From the IMG/VR virus record IMGVR_UViG_3300049830_000172: a stretch of 64,000 nucleotides of DNA, one strand, 5' to 3'. The translations under genes were made by a program, and so were the position numbers. Below the pieces are notes generated by a model. That model did no database searches, was not told the DNA's origin, and was given only the letters and a program-made list of their open reading frames with translations. The stretch is from an uncultured virus (IMG/VR IMGVR_UViG_3300049830_000172) (taxonomy: Duplodnaviria; Heunggongvirae; Uroviricota; Caudoviricetes). Shown piece by piece: positions 58,606 through 64,000 of the stretch. How positions within the stretch are numbered: the first letter of the stretch is position 1; each line of letters opens with the position of its first letter.

Positions 58606-59085
58606 CTAGTGGACTTCGAGGATATTTTCGACGCTGATTCCGACGAACGGTACTTGTCCCTTGTCGGCTAGTTCTTCCTTGTCCTGTGGCTTGGACTTTT
58701 CAGAGGCTTGGAGGTACATTTCTACGTCTGCCTTGTCGCAAGGTTCGCCGTCCAAGTACCATTGTACTTTTGGTTTGGCTCCACTTAGGGGCATAGGCAA
58801 GTACACCTTGTCAGTGTTACCACGCCAAAACTTGACGTTGCCAACCATGAATGACTCCTTAATATGGCTTGGAAGCTCAGGGGCGGCTCGTTCTCCGTCT
58901 GCGACTGCATTTTTGACTGCGGCTCGTGCTGAGTAGTCACAAAGTTGTCCAGTCATAGTTGATTCCTTATCAACTACCAGGTTCTTAAAAGCGGCTAAGA
59001 GCTTGGCTGGTCGTTTCATTTTGATTGAGAAGAAGGCTCCTGTTTTTCGTCCTTCGAGTGCTTTAGAGATGCTTACTGCGTCCAT
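58606..59085 (-). CDS. Hypothetical early protein (leaderless)
   Basis: True start MDAVSISK at +1 of the motif. Confidence 0.75.
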   Translation of the reverse strand: MDAVSISKALEGRKTGAFFSIKMKRPAKLLAAFKNLVVDKESTMTGQLCDYSARAAVKNAVADGERAAPELPSHIKESFMVGNVKFWRGNTDKVYLPMPLSGAKPKVQWYLDGEPCDKADVEMYLQASEKSKPQDKEELADKGQVPFVGISVENILEVH

Positions 59086-59193
59086 GTATATATACTCAGG
59101 TGAGAGAAAATCTTGAGGAAAAAATAAGACTTGGCGAAATAAGGCGCGTGTAAAATTTTTGGATATTGAGGAATTTTGATATATTGACACAAC

Positions 59194-59308
59194 AAAAAGC
59201 CCAAGCTATTGCCTGGGCTTATTTGCGTAAGTTCTCGTTTCCTGTGCCTGTTTCGGGGAGCTGTATTTCAAGCTTCTTCATGTTTCTTGTTTACTTGTTT
59301 CTGCTTAC
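59194..59308 (-). ncRNA. Candidate small RNA C (~115 nt, A-rich, GAAAC repeats)
   Basis: ACGTAT-type motif, terminator AAGCCCAGG/CTTGGGCTT with T run; only a 20-codon ORF without SD. Confidence 0.4.
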
Positions 59309-59351
59309 ATTTATATACGTTGTTCTTTTTAAGTCTTGAGGAAATTTGGTC

Positions 59352-59524
59352 ACAACCCACTGAAGACTACTGACTCTATTTTATTTTCCGCTTTTTTGCG
59401 CGGGTTTTATTTTTGTCGTCTCCACCCATGCTCTACAGTCCTACGCATATCTTTTGGTATAAGCGATATCATGTTCCTAGACATGAGCCCTTTCGGGTGA
59501 ACACCTCATCTTCAGCAGGTTGTT
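59352..59524 (-). ncRNA. Candidate structured RNA D (~173 nt)
   Basis: GCGTAT-type motif; 15-bp closing stem ACAACCTGCTGAAGA/TCTTCAGTGGGTTGT with G-U pairs; internal CCC-GAAA-GGG and CATGT/ACATG hairpins. Confidence 0.6.
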
Positions 59525-59536
59525 AATTTTATACGC

Positions 59537-59755
59537 TTATGCGACTTCTTCTTGAGGAAATTCTTCTTGCATCGCTGGAAACTCATTGGCTGGGATTACA
59601 TAGCGTGGCATTGTTTTAGGAGGTGTTACACCTGCGACTCCTTCAATGTGAACGCTTCGCCCGCATTGACATTGCACCATTAAGACGTATCTTTGCCCTC
59701 TGGGGCGGTTTTTAACCGCCTTTTGGACTACTGCGCCACATTTAGGACATTTCAT
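59537..59755 (-). CDS. Small Zn-ribbon protein
   Basis: MKCPKC...CQCG; ATGA overlap. Confidence 0.65.
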   Translation of the reverse strand: MKCPKCGAVVQKAVKNRPRGQRYVLMVQCQCGRSVHIEGVAGVTPPKTMPRYVIPANEFPAMQEEFPQEEVA

Positions 59756-59922
59756 AGATAGAACTCCGAATCTGCGCCGTTTTGGATTTCGCCTAAGATT
59801 TTGGCTTCTACGCAACCCTGAGCGTCTGAGGTTGTCATTCCTTCGAGCCCGTCCATCTCTAGGACTTCAACAGCTTTCTTGTATTTGTCCCAGTTCATTC
59901 GAGAGTAGTCAATATGTACCAC
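59752..59922 (-). CDS. Small hypothetical protein (leaderless GTG)
   Basis: GTG at +1; EGMTTSDAQG. Confidence 0.65.
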   Translation of the reverse strand: MVHIDYSRMNWDKYKKAVEVLEMDGLEGMTTSDAQGCVEAKILGEIQNGADSEFYL

Positions 59923-59955
59923 TCTTATATACTGAGATGGATATAAAATTTGAGG

Positions 59956-60073
59956 AAAAATGAGAATGCCCAAGTCATTACTGCTTGGGCTCCTTCTCCA
60001 TATACTGGTCAGCATGGTGTCGTATCAAGAGATTATGGTTTAGGCTCCTTACGTTTCCTTCTCTATTGCTGCC
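59956..60073 (-). ncRNA. Candidate small RNA E (~118 nt, AAGGA-rich)
   Basis: GCGTAT-type motif; hairpin GCCCAAG/CTTGGGC then T run; four GGA motifs. Confidence 0.45.
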
Positions 60074-60112
60074 ATCTATATACGCGCTTGAGTCCGTTGG
60101 TTGAGGATTTTT

Positions 60113-60403
60113 TTAAGCACAGGCAATTTCTTCTTCAAACTTTTGTGCTTCTTCGCAGGCTTTTTCAGCTTCACGGATGTTATCCTCGGTTGGTTGGCGT
60201 CCGTCCACCATGAACAATTCGTAGATATCCAATTTCTTTGCAGATGGTACACCAGAGAGAAACAATTTGTATGCTTCTGATTGTCCGTCTCTTCGCTTCC
60301 AAAGATAACCGCCTTCCTCGTAGTGTGCAGGAAATGCCGTGTCTTTTGAGTCGTATCCCTTTGGTCTCGTTGGTGCTAATATTTCGAGGGCGATTGTTGC
60401 CAT
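60113..60403 (-). CDS. Hypothetical early protein (leaderless)
   Basis: ATG at +1. Confidence 0.7.
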   Translation of the reverse strand: MATIALEILAPTRPKGYDSKDTAFPAHYEEGGYLWKRRDGQSEAYKLFLSGVPSAKKLDIYELFMVDGRQPTEDNIREAEKACEEAQKFEEEIACA

Positions 60404-60480
60404 GATTATCTACTCATATGAATAGATAAGTATGAGGAATAAATATTCCTCATACCAGTGAAATGTTTCAGTATATAGAC

Positions 60481-60681
60481 ATGACAGACAAACAAATAGT
60501 TTTAGGATTTATAATCGGAGTTTGCTTGATTATCCTAAACATCTTGAATGAGAAAAATAAGCAGAGGCAAAGAGAAATAGAGGTGAATTCCTCTTTTCGA
60601 AGGATTCTTGATAGACTCGTTGATGCTGGAGAAATAACAAAAGAGAACGCAGACAATATGTATGTGAAAAGTTTGAAATAA
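60481..60681 (+). CDS. Small membrane protein (leaderless, divergent)
   Basis: Plus-strand motif TCCTCA-N16-CAGTAT-N6-ATG; N-terminal TM. Confidence 0.7.
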   Translation: MTDKQIVLGFIIGVCLIILNILNEKNKQRQREIEVNSSFRRILDRLVDAGEITKENADNMYVKSLK

Positions 60682-60770
60682 GCCTACGGGCTTGTTTCAA
60701 TTTGCCGTTAGGGTCGCGGGCGTGCCGCCTTATTTGTCCAAGCCTTAAATTTCTTTAAGGCTTGGAGTTT

Positions 60771-60992
60771 TTAGTCCCCGTCGTAAGTACCTGGCCCATT
60801 TTCTTCTTCATATTGGGCGCGGGTTCCCATTGGCATTGTTTCTCCGCAACCGTCGCGGAAGCCACTAACAGCGCATGGTACACACATTACGCCAGCGTAG
60901 ACACCAAAGCTATATCGCTCGTCTATGTCTTTTCGCTTCTTGTCACATCGAGGGCATACGCCGCTTGCTAATACGTCACTGAGATAACTCAT
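60771..60992 (-). CDS. Small Zn-binding protein (leaderless)
   Basis: CPRC...CVPC; ATG at +1. Confidence 0.7.
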   Translation of the reverse strand: MSYLSDVLASGVCPRCDKKRKDIDERYSFGVYAGVMCVPCAVSGFRDGCGETMPMGTRAQYEEENGPGTYDGD

Positions 60993-61007
60993 GATTTTAT
61001 ACTCTGC

Positions 61008-61157
61008 TCAGTAAGTTTTTTGAGGAATTTGGATTGAATGACTTCCTGGGCAAAATGTTTCCATGGTGCCATTATCCTTTATTCTTTTTGGGGAATGTGG
61101 ATAGATTGCATTATCAATATCAGTGCGGCATTTTTTACCGCACTGTGGACAAATCAC
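61008..61157 (-). CDS. 49-aa Zn-binding microprotein (not in the ORF track)
   Basis: GTG start 1 nt after the upstream stop: MICPQCGK...PH...CPGS. Confidence 0.55.
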   Translation of the reverse strand: MICPQCGKKCRTDIDNAIYPHSPKRIKDNGTMETFCPGSHSIQIPQKTY

Positions 61158-61158
61158 C

Positions 61159-61386
61159 TTAGAGTCCATATTTCGCCCTGAGTTCCATCACAATATCAGG
61201 TCGCTCGTTTAAGAGTTGAAGCAATCCCGTATTGTTGAAAATGAAGTGATGCTCAATACCGTGAACTTTCAGGTATTCACCCGTGAGAGTAGTTTGGCGA
61301 GGAGCGTCACAAGGTTCGTTCATATCTTCGAGAACAGCTCGCATTTTGTCTGCTACTGTCATGTTGTCGAAATCTGTGTTTGACAT
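61159..61386 (-). CDS. Hypothetical early protein (leaderless)
   Basis: ATG at +1. Confidence 0.7.
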   Translation of the reverse strand: MSNTDFDNMTVADKMRAVLEDMNEPCDAPRQTTLTGEYLKVHGIEHHFIFNNTGLLQLLNERPDIVMELRAKYGL

Positions 61387-61421
61387 GATTATATACTCTT
61401 CTCAGTAATTTTTTGAGGATT

Positions 61422-61739
61422 TTAGAGTTCTATCTCTTCGTACTTCGTGACTTTGTGATGCACCGTCAAGCTTGCGAGGTTTACGGTATATTCTTTTCTG
61501 AGAAACACTTTCAACGTTTCAACACATGCAGCTTTCACAATTACGCCATCAATTTGTCCAAACTCTTCTTCATCAAAGTTAACAACATACTCTTTGACGC
61601 GATGGATGTTTCGCATATAAACTTTCATTTCATCTTGTGAAAATGATGTCTTATTTGCTAAAAGAGTGAGCAACCAATCATTTCCCGCGTCTACGGCTTT
61701 GAGTTCTGCTTCGCTCCAGAGTCTTACTGTGATGGACAT
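61422..61739 (-). CDS. Hypothetical early protein (leaderless)
   Basis: True start MSITVR at +1. Confidence 0.7.
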   Translation of the reverse strand: MSITVRLWSEAELKAVDAGNDWLLTLLANKTSFSQDEMKVYMRNIHRVKEYVVNFDEEEFGQIDGVIVKAACVETLKVFLRKEYTVNLASLTVHHKVTKYEEIEL

Positions 61740-61872
61740 GATTATATACTCATATGAGTTAATAAGTTGAGGAATAAGTTCGGCGCGTGCCGCCTTATTT
61801 GTCCAAGCACTAAAAATTTCAGACACAAAAAAGCTCACCTTTCGATGAGCCTTTTCATTTTGGGGATTTTGG

Positions 61873-62202
61873 TTAGTAGGCGGTTGGATATTTACCGTTT
61901 ATGATTTGAAGCGTTTGTCGGTCAAGTTTGGATTGATTGCTTTTTCTTGCTTTTTGTTTTTTGGGGATAAAGCTCCAAAGTGCCATGCAAGCCAAGCCAA
62001 GAACCACAAGTCCAGCCAAACCTTCAACTGCGTAGATTCCATAGACGAACAATCGACCGATGATTGTTGGGGTTCCAGATGAGTCGTTGGATAGGAACGG
62101 GTCTACCCATTTGATGGTCGATGCAACGATAGCCGTGAGGATTGTTGCGAGTCCGATGATTGCGAGGCTTCCAACTGTTCTGTTGATTGCTTGATTGTTC
62201 AC
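61873..62202 (-). CDS. Two-TM membrane protein (leaderless GTG)
   Basis: GTG at +1; terminator-like hairpin near 61827-61857. Confidence 0.7.
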   Translation of the reverse strand: MNNQAINRTVGSLAIIGLATILTAIVASTIKWVDPFLSNDSSGTPTIIGRLFVYGIYAVEGLAGLVVLGLACMALWSFIPKKQKARKSNQSKLDRQTLQIINGKYPTAY

Positions 62203-62239
62203 TCTTATATACTCCTATGGGTGAAAATGTTGAGGAATT

Positions 62240-62509
62240 TTATGAGAAGTAAGCGTATTCTACGCGGGCGGTGGTTACAGTGTGCCAGCCCATAGTAATG
62301 AAAATTGGGTAATCGTATCCAATGACTTCCTCATTGATTTTACCATCATGTCCGCAGTACATACCATCGAGGGCAGTGGCAACGTACTTACTTATTTTAG
62401 CAGCTTCATCTAACCATTGTTGCAACGGGACATTAGTTCCGATTGCGTTTAATTGTTTGTTCAGACTGTTGAGCAGACTTTTCTTTGTCTGTTTTTTCGG
62501 TGCGTCCAT
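62240..62509 (-). CDS. Hypothetical early protein (leaderless)
   Basis: True start MDAPKK at +1. Confidence 0.7.
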   Translation of the reverse strand: MDAPKKQTKKSLLNSLNKQLNAIGTNVPLQQWLDEAAKISKYVATALDGMYCGHDGKINEEVIGYDYPIFITMGWHTVTTARVEYAYFS

Positions 62510-62519
62510 GATTATATAC

Positions 62520-63008
62520 TCAGAAGAACACATTATTTGAGGAAATTCTCTTGGTGAAGTCAAAGTCTTTATGAGAATGAACTAATTCAATTTCAGATGT
62601 CAGTAAAGGGCAAACTTTGTGACAACCATATATTGCTTTATATTCTCCATCTATTGCAAGTACAAAAAGCGAAGCATAATTTTCCTCGTTTTTGTAATAG
62701 AATCCATTGGCAAGTAGGAATTCTCCGTAGGTTTTATCTTTTGTCCAAGTTTTATCTTTTGCGGAATTGTTAAACTCTTCCAAGTCAATGAATGGAGGAT
62801 TGTGATGATTTATGAAATCTGATTCAAAGATTTCTCTGAGATTTTTTCTCCATCCAGCGGTTAAATTGTCGCTTGGTGAAATGTTAAATGCTTTGAGTCT
62901 TTCAACCATTTCCGAAGTATTGTCTTCGCCAATACTATTCATGATGGATGTAATTTCTTGAGAATCTGTGATTAAGGCAAACTCATCACTCAATTCATTA
63001 ACTTGCAT
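62520..63008 (-). CDS. Hypothetical early protein (leaderless)
   Basis: ATG at +1. Confidence 0.7.
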   Translation of the reverse strand: MQVNELSDEFALITDSQEITSIMNSIGEDNTSEMVERLKAFNISPSDNLTAGWRKNLREIFESDFINHHNPPFIDLEEFNNSAKDKTWTKDKTYGEFLLANGFYYKNEENYASLFVLAIDGEYKAIYGCHKVCPLLTSEIELVHSHKDFDFTKRISSNNVFF

Positions 63009-63088
63009 GATTATATACTCACATGAATAAAGAAGTTGAGGAATTTCCTGGCGCGTGCCCCCTTATTTCACCAAGCACTAAAAAAATT

Positions 63089-63163
63089 TGGTCGGGGATA
63101 GAAGATTCGAACTTCTGATTTCTTGCTCCCAAAGCAAGCGCCATACCGCTTGGCTAATCCCCG
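63089..63163 (-). tRNA. tRNA-Pro(TGG)
   Basis: CGGGGAT/ATCCCCG acceptor stem, anticodon arm CTTGC-TTTGGGA-GCAAG, TTCGAAT T-loop, encoded CCA. Confidence 0.93.
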
Positions 63164-63288
63164 GTAAGAACTTTTCCATTTCAACCCTGGGCTCTATCAG
63201 GAGCTTAGTCTTGCTACTTTGCTGATACTTTCACTGCATCGGTCACTCCAGGGCATCCCTGACAACTTTTGCACTGGATTCGTTCTAT
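63164..63288 (-). ncRNA. Candidate structured RNA F, co-transcribed upstream of tRNA-Pro
   Basis: GCGTAT-type motif; GCCCTGG/CCAGGGT, TGTCAGGG/TCCTGATA and GATGC/GTATC pairings. Confidence 0.45.
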
Positions 63289-63325
63289 GAATATATACGC
63301 GATTGGGAATTTGCTTTGAGGATTT

Positions 63326-63703
63326 TTAGCTGGGCATTTCTGGGATTGTAAGTTTGTAACTTTTTGCGAAGACGCGCAAGCATCCTTCCCATTCTTCGGG
63401 GTCTTCAGAATCATGGATTTCTTGAAGTTCTTCGGCAAATTCTGAATCCAATTGAAGTCTTTCAAGAATTGGTCTCAGAGTTGTACCACCGACGCGCTCG
63501 CCTTCCATTTCCGGGCTATATTCTTCGTCAGTGATTAATGCGCCAATTGCGCATTTTGTGCCGTCTGGTGCGCGATACAGGCAACCTTCATTTTTATGAC
63601 CAGCGCGAGGTGGGCTAACTTCTCCCCAGGCTCTTTTCTTCTGAGTGAGAAGATGGACGTAAACGATATTAAAGGCATTTTGTTCTGGAGTTGGTTCGCT
63701 CAT
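63326..63703 (-). CDS. Conserved phage hypothetical protein, paralogue 1
   Basis: CLYR..DG.KCAIGALI.DE.Y.PEMEG...LQ.IHD. Confidence 0.75.
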   Translation of the reverse strand: MSEPTPEQNAFNIVYVHLLTQKKRAWGEVSPPRAGHKNEGCLYRAPDGTKCAIGALITDEEYSPEMEGERVGGTTLRPILERLQLDSEFAEELQEIHDSEDPEEWEGCLRVFAKSYKLTIPEMPS

Positions 63704-63705
63704 GA

Positions 63706-64000
63706 TTATCTCTTTGCTGGCATTTCTGGAATTTCAAGCTGATATTTTTGTGCGAATTCAGCTAATTCTCTTTTCCATCCAAGAGGGTGAGTGTTGTCAT
63801 GAATTGCTTGCAGTAAAATCATAAAAGATGCGCCGACTCCAAGTTTGGTTAGAACATTTGCAAAAATGTCTCGCTCTGCGTATTGACCTTCCATTTCTGG
63901 TAAATAATCTTCGTCGGGGATAACAGCACCAAAAGCGCACTTTGTGCCATTTTGTCCACGATAAGCGCAAACATTGATTTTCTTATCGTAGGTGACGCCG
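63706..64000 (-). CDS. Conserved phage hypothetical protein, paralogue 2 (5'-truncated by the window edge)
   Basis: CAYRGQNGTKCAFGAVIPDEDYLPEMEG...LQAIHD. Confidence 0.75.
   Translation of the reverse strand, partial: GVTYDKKINVCAYRGQNGTKCAFGAVIPDEDYLPEMEGQYAERDIFANVLTKLGVGASFMILLQAIHDNTHPLGWKRELAEFAQKYQLEIPEMPAKR

Larger units (their letters stand above)
58536..63075. repeat. Dispersed ~26-bp repeat GGCGCGTGCCGCCTTATTTNNCCAAG (5 copies)
   Basis: Copies at 58536-58561, 60720-60742, 61782-61807, 63050-63075 and inverted at 59130-59150. Confidence 0.85.
57465..63322 (-). promoter_or_regulatory. Array of ~19 promoter-like motifs TCCTCA-N15-17-NNNTAT-N6-(+1)
   Basis: Predicted +1 at 57465, 57636, 58200, 58489, 59085, 59308, 59524, 59922, 60073, 60403, 60481 (plus strand), 60992, 61386, 61739, 62202, 62509, 63008, 63288, with a variant at 57833; related copies before 46236, 54572 and 55961. 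Confidence 0.85.

Noticed and set aside
59160..59175. Extra TCCTCA box
   Set aside because: No -10 hexamer at the expected spacing; an in-gene copy near 42857 was rejected for the same reason
58536..63075. CRISPR array
   Set aside because: Repeats are 0.6-1.6 kb apart with genes in between, one is inverted, and there is no cas operon; the Cas4-like nuclease at 36651 is solitary
63176..63205. Hammerhead ribozyme (CTGATAGAG...GAAA)
   Set aside because: The core has an extra base, and stems II/III and an NUH site could not be built convincingly
57464..63465. ORF-track calls 57464-57811, 63214-63465 and the extended starts at 59190, 60015, 61838 and 62563
   Set aside because: They run across promoter motifs or other genes; the motif-defined +1 starts explain the region better
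1..64000. Stop-codon reassignment, as in some large phages
   Set aside because: Core genes are full length in code 11, and TAA, TAG and TGA all end genes at sensible operon junctions

Overview
This window is a segment of a large (jumbo-type) tailed phage genome in the standard genetic code. No host housekeeping synteny is visible. (1) 0-26.5 kb, minus strand: a replication/recombination module with class II ribonucleotide reductase (LAGLIDADG intein at the catalytic Cys), SpoVS-like protein, SigH-like sigma factor with inserted zinc fingers, RecJ, split DnaG primase, RecA, SSB, DnaE, DnaB, DnaC-like loader, Ycf46-like AAA+ ATPase, and SbcD with a split SbcC. (2) 26.5-57 kb: mixed accessory genes, including Nmad1/DUF1599, RusA, SLOG, Fic, PD-(D/E)XK nucleases, phosphatases, nitrilase, Ugd, a minimal HisRS-like protein, TyrRS, lipoproteins, a beta-barrel-like protein, six tandem genes sharing an N-terminal module, and a stand-alone capsid-like paralogue. 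(3) 57-64 kb: a probable genome-end/early region built from about 19 cassettes, each with its own copy of the promoter-like motif TCCTCA-N15-17-NNNTAT-N6-(+1). The 11 GAGTAT/CAGTAT/GAGTAG copies put ATG/GTG exactly at +1, implying leaderless mRNAs. The (A/G)CGTAT/CGATAT copies mostly precede ORF-less, hairpin-rich transcripts (candidate novel ncRNAs) and a tRNA-Pro. A second, ~26-bp dispersed repeat lies next to several of these promoters. All family assignments come from motif recognition by eye; no database searches were run.
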